DNA of 64,000 nucleotides from Nitrosopumilus sp. (GCA_965218785.1 OZ244650.1:32001-96000); one strand, 5' to 3'; positions 51,882-62,846 are shown, counted from the first letter of the stretch. The notes: generated from the letters alone by a model not told the origin. Made by a program: numbers and translations.

Positions 51882-54782
51882 ATGGATTATGAAGGATTAA
51901 AGCTGTTTATTCAGTATAGTGCTCATCCTCAAACAAATTACGAATTTGTAATAATAAGAATTCTTTTAAATGTAGAACATGCAACACGTAATTCAATAGT
52001 TAAAGACCTGAATGACGCAAATCCTTCATCTGGTGAAGATTTTCATGAATCAAGCATATTTGATCTTCTTGTTGAAAGAGGAATAATAAAAGAAGATGAT
52101 GGAATTTATACTTTAATTGATTATGATAAATTTTCTGTAGAACAAAAGAAAATGCTTGTAAAATTATGTAATGAAAGAATTCAAGCCATTGACTCTAAAA
52201 TCGATCCTCAGCCAAATTATTTTAAAATTGCACCTGGAGAACAAGCTCGGGACTGGCAAAGACAAAAGAAACAAAGAAGCATTGGAATTGGTTGGAATGA
52301 TCTAGGTGATTTAAGTAGATTAGAATTTGAACAAGTAAATGAATTAATTAAAAAAAGCAAACATGCTAGATCAATTTTTACACAATTCAAAAATTTTCTC
52401 AGTATCAAAAAAGGAGACATCATTATTGCAAACAAAGGAATGAGTAAAATAGTTGGTATAGGTAAAGTGATTGGAGAATATCAATACAAACAAGACGAAG
52501 AACATGCACATACATTTCCTGTAGAATGGATTTACACAAAAGAAAAATACATTCCAACACAAACAAACTGGTTTTTTACAGTTTCCAAAATTACTCCTGA
52601 ATCATTCAATAATATAATTTCAGAAAAATCATCTTTATCAGAAGAATTTGAAGATCTGGTAAAAAAATTCGATAAAAATCCAAAAGACTTTGAAATTAAT
52701 GATTGGACATGGACAAAAAAAGAAGTTAGAGAAAAATATCATGAACATTTTGTCACAAAATTCCCTGCAGAAAAAATTGATAATCTTACAATTGAACAAT
52801 ATGTTTTAGGAATTTTAGATGATGAAAAAAAGCCAAATCAAGAATCATTTTCATATTATTTGGAAAGAGAGGCACCCACAACAGGCAACATTATGGGCAG
52901 TGTATCAAAAAAATTTGGAATTTATTATGATAGAAAAAATCAAAAAGATTTCATCTATTCAAAGTCATATTCCAATGAGATTGATGCGTTTAATGCAGTA
53001 AAGCATGACATTACAGTGATTTTATCTGCTGGAAAAAAATACATAGATGACAAAAATTCTAAAAAATTATCTAACATTGTTGATATACAAGATCGAAATA
53101 TTCATAGACATATTAGATCAAAGTTACTATCTACATATTATCCAGATTCATTTTTATCAATACATAGCAGAAAGAAAATTGATTTACTATTAGATTATTT
53201 TAATATTCCAAAAGTGGAACTCAAAGAAAAACTAACTATGAAACAACTCAAATTACTTGACATTAAAGATAGACATCCAATAATGAAAAATTGGGATGTT
53301 TGGACATATTCTTACTTTTTGTTTGCAGTAATTTTACCAAAAATGGAATCAAAACATCCTATAAGGCGTGATGAGCAAATTTCAAAAAAACAATTACCAA
53401 TACCAAGTTCAGAAAATCTGGCAGAACTCAAAAAACAATTAGCAAAAGTATTACTGATAAGGGATGACAAGTTGGAGGAAATAATTTCTGCATTATTAAC
53501 AGGAAAAGGTGTATTATTAACAGGTGCGGTGGGTACCGGAAAAACTCATCTTGCAAAAATATTGCCTGAAATTGCTTGGAAAGACCATGGTGGTGGATAT
53601 TATTCCAAGATAGTAACGGCAACATCGGATTGGACTACAACAGACGTAATTGGAGGAATTCATCCTAAAGTGGATGCGGGAAAGATAACCTATGAAATTC
53701 AAAAAGGATGTGTTGCAAATACGGTTTCATTAAATTGGAAGGAAGGAACAAACAAATCAAAAGAAAGAGAATCATTTGAAGGATTAAACGCAGAAAAAAA
53801 CAAGCATAAATTTAGAGGCGTTTGGCTAGTCATTGATGAATTTAATCGTGCAAACATAGACAAAGCATTTGGACAATTATTCACGGCTTTGGAATACAAA
53901 ATTATGCAAATCCCAACAGTAGATCCAAATGAATCAGAAGAAGAATTAATCATTCCAGAAGATTATAGGATTATAGGTACACTGAATACCGCAGATAAGC
54001 ATTATTTGCATTCATTATCGGATGCATTAAAACGAAGATTTTCAATTATTGAATTATCAATACCTGATTATTCTCAAAAAGATGAGGAATTATATTTCGT
54101 AATCAAAAAAGCAATGAAAGACAATGTTAGTAAAGTAAATCTGATTTTATCTGATATAGAAGGAAAATTTGCTAGAGGTAAAGGTGATCCGGATGCAGAA
54201 AATATTGTTGATACATTATACACATTAATGACATTTATCAGAGAAATAAAACCATTAGGAACCGCATTATTAATTTCCATGTTGAGATTTATGATTGTAA
54301 ATCACTCATTAGATTTGGTAACAAATAAAAAATGGAATACAAGTTTAGATAGTGCACTAGTATCATTTATTATTCCACAGATCGAAGATTTACCTTATTG
54401 GACATTAAAAGTAATTAGAGCCGCCTTTTGCAATGATTTAGAAAAATTCTTTGAAAATGATCCTGAGATAAAAGTTGAAGGTCCTGAAAAATATAAAAAA
54501 GATTTTCACAAATCCGTCGAATTTATTAAAAAAATAAAAACTAAAAAACGAAATAAAATTTTATTTAGATTTCTAGATAACAAACTTGGAACAAATAAAG
54601 AAAATGATGAAGATGGTAATGAAAAACCTGACAAAGATATAGAATATCTGAAAATATGGAATGCAGAAAATATAGGAAGCAAGCCAGCTCTTCCAAAATT
54701 TAGCAATGCGATTGATCAGATAATTTCTGAAAATGGATTTGATGAACAAACAGAGGAAGAATCTGAAAAAAATGTCGGATAA
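51882..54782 (+). CDS. mcrB: McrB-like AAA+ GTPase with several N-terminal DNA-reader domains
   Basis: GAVGTGKT, IDEFNRA, NTAD (NxxD), ALKRRF; EVE/PUA-like IGIGW...KKGD..IA...IVGIG.V. Confidence 0.85.
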   Translation: MDYEGLKLFIQYSAHPQTNYEFVIIRILLNVEHATRNSIVKDLNDANPSSGEDFHESSIFDLLVERGIIKEDDGIYTLIDYDKFSVEQKKMLVKLCNERIQAIDSKIDPQPNYFKIAPGEQARDWQRQKKQRSIGIGWNDLGDLSRLEFEQVNELIKKSKHARSIFTQFKNFLSIKKGDIIIANKGMSKIVGIGKVIGEYQYKQDEEHAHTFPVEWIYTKEKYIPTQTNWFFTVSKITPESFNNIISEKSSLSEEFEDLVKKFDKNPKDFEINDWTWTKKEVREKYHEHFVTKFPAEKIDNLTIEQYVLGILDDEKKPNQESFSYYLEREAPTTGNIMGSVSKKFGIYYDRKNQKDFIYSKSYSNEIDAFNAVKHDITVILSAGKKYIDDKNSKKLSNIVDIQDRNIHRHIRSKLLSTYYPDSFLSIHSRKKIDLLLDYFNIPKVELKEKLTMKQLKLLDIKDRHPIMKNWDVWTYSYFLFAVILPKMESKHPIRRDEQISKKQLPIPSSENLAELKKQLAKVLLIRDDKLEEIISALLTGKGVLLTGAVGTGKTHLAKILPEIAWKDHGGGYYSKIVTATSDWTTTDVIGGIHPKVDAGKITYEIQKGCVANTVSLNWKEGTNKSKERESFEGLNAEKNKHKFRGVWLVIDEFNRANIDKAFGQLFTALEYKIMQIPTVDPNESEEELIIPEDYRIIGTLNTADKHYLHSLSDALKRRFSIIELSIPDYSQKDEELYFVIKKAMKDNVSKVNLILSDIEGKFARGKGDPDAENIVDTLYTLMTFIREIKPLGTALLISMLRFMIVNHSLDLVTNKKWNTSLDSALVSFIIPQIEDLPYWTLKVIRAAFCNDLEKFFENDPEIKVEGPEKYKKDFHKSVEFIKKIKTKKRNKILFRFLDNKLGTNKENDEDGNEKPDKDIEYLKIWNAENIGSKPALPKFSNAIDQIISENGFDEQTEEESEKNVG

Positions 54783-56247
54783 ACAATTTCGTGCCGAAGT
54801 AGTAAAAATCATTGAAAATGTAAAAGATAACAAAAATGAATTTGGGCAATTAGCAAGTTCGGCTCATTATTTTAAATCACAATATCCTGAAATTTCAAAG
54901 CAATTCAAAGATGAAATATCCAAATTAGATGATCATAAAACATGGAGTGGTTTTTTTCGAGAGATACGTTTCTGGAATGAATTAGGCGTTCCACAGATGT
55001 ACCGCCGTACAATGCTACTTTCAATGAGATTAGCAAGCAAGACAGATGAATTTTTTAAAATTGATAGTGATATCGGATCATATACTCTACCCACAAAATT
55101 AGGTAAATTTCTAAAAATGGCACTTGTTGCAAAAGATTTCGTTTATGATATTTATCCAAGAATTGAAAATAACATAAATTTCAAATCAGAGTCCATTATT
55201 GAAACATCTGATACAATTAGAGGCACGATTAATTGGACTAGAACAATTACAAATTCAGTAAAACGAGGAGATAAACATCCAACACAATTTGCATGTATTA
55301 TTAATCAAAATGATTTTGAAACTCCAGAAAATATTTTAACAATATTATGTTTATTAAAGATTCAAACAGATTTAGAGACATTACTTTTTGAAACAAGTGA
55401 ATTAGATTATGCCAGAAATGAATTGAGGATGATTTTTGAATTAAAAACAAGAATTGATTTTCTCGTATCACATTCTCACATGAAATTTTTGATTTCAAAA
55501 TTTGATAAATATAAATTTCTAAATTTGGATAGTAAAATTGTCAAATTCTATGAAAACGAAACAAAGAATGAAATTCAAAAAGGCACCATCAAACAAAAAT
55601 CATACTTGGATCTTACAGAATGGTTAAAAAAATATCGAGGATACAATATGGAAGGAATAATACAAAAATATTTAGAATTTCCAATAAAACACGAACGTTC
55701 ACTTGACACAATGTATGAATTGTGGATATTTTTTGAAATGTCAAACTATTTCAAAGAACAAAAAAATGTTAAAGTTTTATCATCTTTAAAAAATACAAAG
55801 AACAATTTTGCCGGATTTGAATTAAAGATAGAAAATAAAAAAGTAAATCTAAGATATCAATATGAAGAAGTTGGTTGGACAGGAATAAAATCAAATCCAG
55901 ATATTGTGCTTGAAATAGATGGAAAAATTCCAATTATTATGGATCCTAAAAATTATACACGAGAACAAAGCGTGGCAATAAACAAAATGTTGGCATATTT
56001 GTTGAATTTAGGCAAGTCAGGTGCAACTATAGGAATTTTATTTTTTCCATATGGTATTGAAAGAACCAAAATTAATGAGACAGATTACAAATCTGTAGTT
56101 AATACCACAGATTCAGTATTTGGGAGAACATTGTCATTATCAACCATTGTGCTTAATCCAACAAAGCCACAGGAAGTTAAGAAAAACATGGGTGTTGTTT
56201 TTGGTTATGTTTATGAAACAATTTTAAGTGAAATCAAATCTAAATGA
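54772..56247 (+). CDS. mcrC: McrC-like PD-(D/E)XK nuclease
   Basis: IRGTINW, F.TPEN, YELW, PDIV...MDPKNY, KMLAYL; overlaps the mcrB stop. Confidence 0.75.
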   Translation: MSDKQFRAEVVKIIENVKDNKNEFGQLASSAHYFKSQYPEISKQFKDEISKLDDHKTWSGFFREIRFWNELGVPQMYRRTMLLSMRLASKTDEFFKIDSDIGSYTLPTKLGKFLKMALVAKDFVYDIYPRIENNINFKSESIIETSDTIRGTINWTRTITNSVKRGDKHPTQFACIINQNDFETPENILTILCLLKIQTDLETLLFETSELDYARNELRMIFELKTRIDFLVSHSHMKFLISKFDKYKFLNLDSKIVKFYENETKNEIQKGTIKQKSYLDLTEWLKKYRGYNMEGIIQKYLEFPIKHERSLDTMYELWIFFEMSNYFKEQKNVKVLSSLKNTKNNFAGFELKIENKKVNLRYQYEEVGWTGIKSNPDIVLEIDGKIPIIMDPKNYTREQSVAINKMLAYLLNLGKSGATIGILFFPYGIERTKINETDYKSVVNTTDSVFGRTLSLSTIVLNPTKPQEVKKNMGVVFGYVYETILSEIKSK

Positions 56248-56549
56248 GAAATTTCACATCTAAAAATAGCAATTCATCTGAAAGTCCACAATACATCAAA
56301 AACAATGTAATGTGATTAAATCCAAAATAATTTTATGCTCTTCTTGAATGGTCCGTATCATTTCTTTGTTGGTAAAATTCTGCTAGAATTGTAACGCCTT
56401 GATACATAGACTTTTTGAACAAGTTGGAGGGTAAGATCCAGGGCTAGAATGTCTGAAAATACGTATGAATTTAGCTTTATTTTACATGGGATGACAAGAA
56501 ATCCCTATTAGTTTCATCATCTACTCATAATTATGAGTGGAATAGGAAC

Positions 56550-59500
56550 ATGTCCTTGTTGCAAGGACTGGAAAATGTTAACGGAACATCATGGAGAAAC
56601 GGGAACTTGGTAAGTGAGTTATTTAACAAGAAAACAGTAAGCAAACAATCCCAGAAAGTCGAAATCACATCTGCTCAAGTGGATAATGCCCAGGAATGGC
56701 TTGATATGTTGAATCAGGGGGTATTAGTAGAAACTGAACATTATTATGATTTTCGTGATATTGTATTGCAGGGCATTCTAGGATATGATAAAAAACGAAT
56801 CAAGGAACATAACGATAACATGGAATATCAGGTTACTGATGATGGTGGAAATAAGGTACTTGTAATCGAAGCTAAAGGAAGTGACAAGGATCTATACAAA
56901 AAACAACATTATGGCAGAAACTCGCAAGAAACACCAATCCTACAAACATGGACTTACATGGGTCTTGGTCGAAAATATGGAATATGTACCAACTACAATA
57001 AATTCATTCTTTTGACAATAGTTGGAGGCTATGAAAGACAACATGTATTTGATTTTAAATCTATAAAAAAAGATAACGAAAAAATAAATGAAGAAAAACT
57101 CAAAGAATTCATTCATGTATTCTCCATGAAGACTTTGATTGATGGGCAAAGTTCTGAGAAACTACGTGAGGAATCAAAATCAGAACAGAGAGATTTCACT
57201 GAAAAATTTTACAATTTGTATCATGATACTAGAGTGAGGATGATCAATGCATTTGAAAACAACGATAATGTGGATAGGGGTAAGGCGATATATTATACGC
57301 AGATCATGTTAAACAGACTGATATTCATTTTCTTTGTTGCAGATCGAGGTGTACTGCGTGATCAGAGTCTATTTGAAGACACTTTGAATAAGATCATAAA
57401 TTCTGGGGAGTTTAGTGAACAATCACATAGAATTCATGATAGGCTAAAGGAATTGTTTAGACAATTTGACAAAGGTTCACGCATAGATGGAATAAGCAAA
57501 TTTAATGGTAGTTTGTTTAGCAGTCCGTTTCCAGATATGATAAGTTTTCCAGACATAGTTGAAGAACCCCCAAAACAATCAAGTTCAAAATTGCCAAAGC
57601 AAGGTGAAAAAGTCAAGAATATTATGCAAAAAGAACCCAAACTAAATCCCATAATAACAAATCTACTCACTATGGATCAATATGATTTTAAAACAGAAGT
57701 TGATGTGGATATACTCGGTCACATATTTGAGCAATCATTGTCAGATATAGAAATTTTAAAATTAGAAAATTTAGAGAATACAAGAAAAAATGAGGGAGTG
57801 TATTACACGCCAGATTATATCACAAATTATATTTGTAAAAATACGATTGTTCCATATCTGTCTAAATCCAAATCCAATTCCATACAAAAATTATTGGGGG
57901 AATATGACGGAAATTTGGATGAATTGAAAGAAAAAATAAGAAAATTAAGAATACTAGATCCTGCATGTGGCTCTGGTGCATTTTTGATTCAAGCTGTTGA
58001 TATGCTAATGATCATATCTAGAGCAATACATAACACTATTGGGGATAATTCTAATGAACAACAACAATTAGATCAAAATTGGGAAGATGATGCAATAAGA
58101 CAAATCATTACTGAAAACATCTATGGTGTCGATCTGAATAGAGAGTCAGCAGACATTACAAAATTAAGCCTATTCTTGAAAATGGTTACAAATGAACATC
58201 CATTAATCGATTTATCGACCAATATCAAAACAGGAAATAGTGTAATAACCGATATCAGTAAGCCAAACGCATTTGACTGGAACAAAAACTTCCCATCCAT
58301 AATGGAATCTGGGGGTTTTGACATAATCATCGGAAACCCGCCCTATGTTAGATACCAAAGTTTGGAATCATATATCGATTACATACAATTACCCAAATCC
58401 AATACTTTGGTGTTGGAAAAAGATTTTAAGATTCATTCTTACACGGATTTGGTAGGATATTTTTTCTATCATTCTTTGAACATTCTCAAACAAAATGGTA
58501 AGCTAGGATTCATATCCAGTGATGGTTGGATGCATTCTAATTATGGTAAATCACTTCAAAAAGTTATTCTTGATAATTGTGTTATTGAGAAAATGATGCA
58601 TACGGTGTTTAATGTGTTTGAAGATGCAGATATAAAAACTATAACAATATTGCTTGAAAAGAAAAAATCATCGACCAACACAAATGTACAATTAATTAAT
58701 GTAAATGAAGAAGACGAAATCACAAGTGGTGATTTTAAAAATATCATAAAACCACAATCTGAATTTGAACAAGGAAATTGGAATTTATATTTTGCAGAAG
58801 ATGAATTTATACCAAAAATAGATATGATAAAAATACATCCCGACATAGGCCATGTCAAAATAGGAAAATTGACGGGATGTGATTCATTTTTTGTATTATC
58901 AAAGGAAATTATTGATAAATATCAAATTCCAGACACATATTTGAAACCGATTCTTTCAAAAAATATAGATAGTGCATATGTCGTGCCTAAACAAGCAACT
59001 GAATATTTTTTTAATGTAGATGAATCAAAAGGAAAATTATTACAAAGTGAAGATGGAAAAAAGGCTCTCAAATACATAGAGATGGGAGAAAAAACAACTA
59101 TAACACCAAAAATGGGAAGTGATAGAACACCTAAACTAATACCAGAACTTTATAATCTCAAAAATAAAAAAACATGGTATTCATTAAGCCTTGGAATTGC
59201 CCCACCTATATTCATAGCTAGATTTGGAGATAAACAAATGAAGCTTGTTGAAAATAGTGGTGATTTTCATTCCACAAGAAGAAATATAGGTATAACACCA
59301 AAGAAAACAAAATATACTTACGCATTACTATCATATCTACGTTCATCATTCTTTGCACTGTATTTAGAAAAACATGGGCATATTCATGGAGGGGGAGTTT
59401 TGGAAATTCGTACTACGGATTACAGAAATGCGTTGGTTCCAGATTTAGATAAAATATCAAAAATTAATGTAGAAAAAATGAAAAAAGCATGGGAACGATA

Positions 59501-59636
59501 CAAAGAAGATCTTGATCAGAAAAAATTAGATGATGTTGTATTCAAAGTACTGGGATTTACTTCAAATGAAAAAGAACAGATTGAGGTAAAATTGGAAGAA
59601 ATACGAAATAATCGGTTAAATTCAAAAAAGAATTAG
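56550..59636 (+). CDS. Type IIG (Eco57I-like) fused restriction-modification enzyme
   Basis: IEAK nuclease motif, LNRLIFIFF, FNG.LF, GVYYTP, LDPACGSGAFL, IGNPPY, C-terminal TRD. Confidence 0.9.
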   Translation: MSLLQGLENVNGTSWRNGNLVSELFNKKTVSKQSQKVEITSAQVDNAQEWLDMLNQGVLVETEHYYDFRDIVLQGILGYDKKRIKEHNDNMEYQVTDDGGNKVLVIEAKGSDKDLYKKQHYGRNSQETPILQTWTYMGLGRKYGICTNYNKFILLTIVGGYERQHVFDFKSIKKDNEKINEEKLKEFIHVFSMKTLIDGQSSEKLREESKSEQRDFTEKFYNLYHDTRVRMINAFENNDNVDRGKAIYYTQIMLNRLIFIFFVADRGVLRDQSLFEDTLNKIINSGEFSEQSHRIHDRLKELFRQFDKGSRIDGISKFNGSLFSSPFPDMISFPDIVEEPPKQSSSKLPKQGEKVKNIMQKEPKLNPIITNLLTMDQYDFKTEVDVDILGHIFEQSLSDIEILKLENLENTRKNEGVYYTPDYITNYICKNTIVPYLSKSKSNSIQKLLGEYDGNLDELKEKIRKLRILDPACGSGAFLIQAVDMLMIISRAIHNTIGDNSNEQQQLDQNWEDDAIRQIITENIYGVDLNRESADITKLSLFLKMVTNEHPLIDLSTNIKTGNSVITDISKPNAFDWNKNFPSIMESGGFDIIIGNPPYVRYQSLESYIDYIQLPKSNTLVLEKDFKIHSYTDLVGYFFYHSLNILKQNGKLGFISSDGWMHSNYGKSLQKVILDNCVIEKMMHTVFNVFEDADIKTITILLEKKKSSTNTNVQLINVNEEDEITSGDFKNIIKPQSEFEQGNWNLYFAEDEFIPKIDMIKIHPDIGHVKIGKLTGCDSFFVLSKEIIDKYQIPDTYLKPILSKNIDSAYVVPKQATEYFFNVDESKGKLLQSEDGKKALKYIEMGEKTTITPKMGSDRTPKLIPELYNLKNKKTWYSLSLGIAPPIFIARFGDKQMKLVENSGDFHSTRRNIGITPKKTKYTYALLSYLRSSFFALYLEKHGHIHGGGVLEIRTTDYRNALVPDLDKISKINVEKMKKAWERYKEDLDQKKLDDVVFKVLGFTSNEKEQIEVKLEEIRNNRLNSKKN

Positions 59637-59939
59637 TTCGTATGTATTAGACATAGATCTTAGATCAGTAATTCGGAATAAAGTCCATACTTCATACCAA
59701 CATTTCTATCTAGCAAAGATTATACCGAACACGCATCTAACACATAATAACTCAACAGAACTCAATTTATGATTCCAACAAATAGAAAACAATAATCCAA
59801 AACGTCTCATTAAACAAGGATTCTCAATAGACACAAATTTTCAATCTGGAGAAGATCGTTATTTCAGGTCTCATTATCAGGCATTAATTCCATATTACGA
59901 TAACCCGACAGAATCCTAAAAATTGCTCTGGTGCGTTAG

Positions 59940-59965
59940 CGTGTGTTTTCACTGCATTGTAACTT
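59940..59965 (+). repeat. 26-bp direct repeat, copy 1 (copy 2 at 61503-61528)
   Basis: CGTGTGTTTTCACTGCATTGTAACTT exact in both. Confidence 0.85.
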
Positions 59966-60059
59966 GGGGTGTTTTGTGAAATTTTATCCCAAAAGCACCT
60001 GATCGCAAAATCATAACTTGTAGAATTCATTTGGGGAAATGACGGTGATAGATATTGCA

Positions 60060-60230
60060 ACATGCCCCCTGCCTTGTCATAGTATTTCCTCAACAGTCCA
60101 CCGAGATTGTCATCTCCTAACTAAGTATCAACACCCATGCTTCTGTAGGTGTCTTTCTTTTCAGTCCTATGTGTGGCTTTATGAAATTATGATGGATTTG
60201 CAGCATATCTGCAAATCCTGCGATGATTCA
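60060..60230 (-). pseudogene. DDE transposase/integrase C-terminal remnant
   Basis: GFADMLQIHHNFIKPHIGLKRKTPTEA resembles the rve-type YN..RPH..L...TP.E tail. Confidence 0.5.
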
Positions 60231-60463
60231 TCATCATCCGTACTTCTGATCATGTGGTAGTGAAAATATGCAGTCATAATACCAGATATTGCTTTGTGGA
60301 AACCATTGAACGGCGTACGATTTTTCAAGGTCCGACTTGGAATCTAGGATGAAGCAAAGAGAAGACTGTAATTGTTATTGCATTGTAATTGACAAAGAAA
60401 TACAAATCTGCCCAAATTTGAACATTAAATCTCTGAAAGGGATTTTCTAATTGATTCAAGTCT

Positions 60464-61444
60464 CTAAGATTTTGGAATTTTCTTTTTGATATACTCTGTA
60501 AAAAGTGTGGGACTCATCTTCCCTTTTCTTACATTTTTAATCAATTCATCTAGTTCCTTTTTTGTCAATACACTCACCGTGTTTAAGACACATTCTCTTT
60601 TTGCAAGATTGTCAGAAAAAACATCTTTGTTGGTACATACCACAACAGGGTAAACTTTGACATTCTCCCACAACTTGTACTCTTCTTCGTATTCTGTTTT
60701 TCTTCCTACAATTTGATCAACTTTTGATTTTGATATCTTTCCTGTTGTGTCTTCGAATATGCATACTATCTCTTCTCTTGAATCTATTGCAATAACATCT
60801 ACATTTCCAGAAATTCCTGGATCATATATTTCAGTATCAAATCCTGATAGGCGTAACAACTTGTCAATTGCTTTGTCAAGAACAACGTTGTGTTGACTAA
60901 GTAAATTACTAGATAATTTTTTAAGGTTAGGATCTATCTTGTTATACATCTTTAATCTTGTCTCTCTCTTTTCTTTTTCCAATTCTTTGATTGAAGCATC
61001 TACTTGAGATTCAGAATATTTCTTTTTTGATAAATTAGCTTTGTTTTTTGCTATGCTCACCTTTATGATTCGCTCAAATTCATTTACGGATTGGTTGAAC
61101 ATGCGTAGCGGTTCAAACAATCCTGCACCGTCTGGATGTGAATCTTGATTCAAACCAAGCGCAAAATAATAGAGACCCTCACTATTATGTGTTAATTGTT
61201 GTGTGAATTGCTTCCAACTCTCATGTTCTAGTTCATTGTTTATTTCAGATGCTCTTGTAACTATCGTTTGGGTTTTCTCGATTATCTCGTTTATTTCATT
61301 TTGTGTAAGTTGAACAAACGGCAATGCGATCTGTAGCCTTACACTATTATCATGTTTTGGCAAATGATCTTGTAAAATTGTACTAATATACTCTGTATCT
61401 TTTTTCATTGTAGTAATATGATCTAGAATTATGTCCTGACTCAT
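60464..61444 (-). CDS. protein with C-terminal PD-(D/E)XK (Mrr-like) nuclease fold
   Basis: LL.LSGF..., VDVIA, IFEDTT; helical N-terminus. Confidence 0.6.
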   Translation of the reverse strand: MSQDIILDHITTMKKDTEYISTILQDHLPKHDNSVRLQIALPFVQLTQNEINEIIEKTQTIVTRASEINNELEHESWKQFTQQLTHNSEGLYYFALGLNQDSHPDGAGLFEPLRMFNQSVNEFERIIKVSIAKNKANLSKKKYSESQVDASIKELEKEKRETRLKMYNKIDPNLKKLSSNLLSQHNVVLDKAIDKLLRLSGFDTEIYDPGISGNVDVIAIDSREEIVCIFEDTTGKISKSKVDQIVGRKTEYEEEYKLWENVKVYPVVVCTNKDVFSDNLAKRECVLNTVSVLTKKELDELIKNVRKGKMSPTLFTEYIKKKIPKS

Positions 61445-61502
61445 ACAAATACTATATGCTTCTGATTAATGAATATTCTAAACTTATGCTCTGGTTAGTT
61501 GA

Positions 61503-61528
61503 CGTGTGTTTTCACTGCATTGTAACTT
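61503..61528 (+). repeat. 26-bp direct repeat, copy 2
   Basis: Identical to 59940-59965. Confidence 0.85.
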
Positions 61529-62042
61529 CTGGATCTTGGAGTGAACCCCCGTAAATGAGACTACTTTTTGCATGTTTTACAGTCACCATCATTTATTTCT
61601 CATCTTTCATTACGATAAGAATTTCTCAGGAGTTATCCCCCCACATGTGAGTCATTACAAGATTGATAATTCCAATCAAATCGATACAAAACTTTGTCAA
61701 ATAAGTGCTGAAAAGATATTGTGTAATGATAACATATTTGCTATTGAAAAAAATAGATTTTAATGATGATGGAATATTTACAATTGATTTTAAAATAAAC
61801 AAAGAATACTATAAGGGGATTTTTTGAAGCTGAAATTCTCTTGCAATTCCCACATTAAAATCACAACATTCACAATCAAATAATATTATATATTATTTTT
61901 TTGAATCTTTGAGCAGTTTACATTTATGCCCCTGCCAAATTACAATTAACACGGAGAAATATCGAATGCTAAGATAACAAAATCGCAGAGCAAGAGTTTT
62001 TAAAAAAACAAAATTTTAAAAAAAATATTTTGGAAATAATAT

Positions 62043-62126
62043 TTACTTGTTATTTCCTCTACCTTTGCCTGATATTTTTCCTGTTGTACTAGGACCATTC
62101 TTTAGCGTTGACTTCGCTTTTGCCAT
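62043..62126 (-). CDS. 27-aa basic microprotein MAKAKSTLKNGPSTTGKISGKGRGNNK
   Basis: Hand-translated ATG...TAA; AT-rich box upstream. Confidence 0.45.
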   Translation of the reverse strand: MAKAKSTLKNGPSTTGKISGKGRGNNK

Positions 62127-62492
62127 ATACTTGTTTAATATAGGAATTATTTATGCTTCTCTGTTGTACAAAAAGTAGATCTGCCCAGAATCTGAAGGAT
62201 AATAGCGGATTATTTTAGACCATACCGATCACAAAAGCATGAAAAAAAGATTGCTAGAAAATAGGTATTGCAATTCTTCCAAGAGGATTCTCATATGGGG
62301 ACACTTAACCAGCGTTATTGCAGATAGATGATGAACCAGCATGTCTATTTGTTTCCTAGACATCCTGCATATCTGTCTGGTAAATGACGGGCATCTCTTT
62401 TGCCTTAATTCATGGAAAAGTGTCAATATTGGAAACCAGATACAAAATGCAAAAATTAAGCCGGTATATATCTAGTTAGAACTACACAGAGT

Positions 62493-62606
62493 ATGTTTAA
62501 AAAAATACTAGAGAAATTAAAGTTTGGTTCTTGTAAAACCAACTCGGCAGGCGATATTGATGCGTTTAAAGAATCTGAAAAGAGCTCAGAGGAAAAATCG
62601 AAATAA
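62493..62606 (+). CDS. 37-aa microprotein
   Basis: MFKKILEKLKFGSCKTNSAG...; TATATA ~25 nt upstream. Confidence 0.45.
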   Translation: MFKKILEKLKFGSCKTNSAGDIDAFKESEKSSEEKSK

Positions 62607-62607
62607 A

Positions 62608-62718
62608 ATGAAATACAATTGTAGTAATTGCAGTTTTCATTGGGATGGAAATTCTGATACTTTTGATAAGGTATTGATTCATGAAAAAACTCACAACAAG
62701 AAGGTTGTTGTTGACTAG
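62608..62718 (+). CDS. 36-aa C2H2-like zinc-finger microprotein
   Basis: MKYNCSNCSFHW...HEKTH. Confidence 0.6.
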   Translation: MKYNCSNCSFHWDGNSDTFDKVLIHEKTHNKKVVVD

Positions 62719-62813
62719 TGGTCATTTGTAGCAAGTGTTACAATAAACAGCATGATCAATGTATGGAAAAATCTGGAATGTTTGCGTGCAGTTGCAAAAA
62801 TTGTAAAAAATAA
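62718..62813 (+). CDS. 31-aa Cys-rich microprotein
   Basis: MVICSKCYNKQHDQC...CSCKNCKK; GTG start overlaps the previous TAG. Confidence 0.5.
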   Translation: MVICSKCYNKQHDQCMEKSGMFACSCKNCKK

Positions 62814-62846
62814 GATACTGTTAAAACTTCATTCACGTATTCTTCA

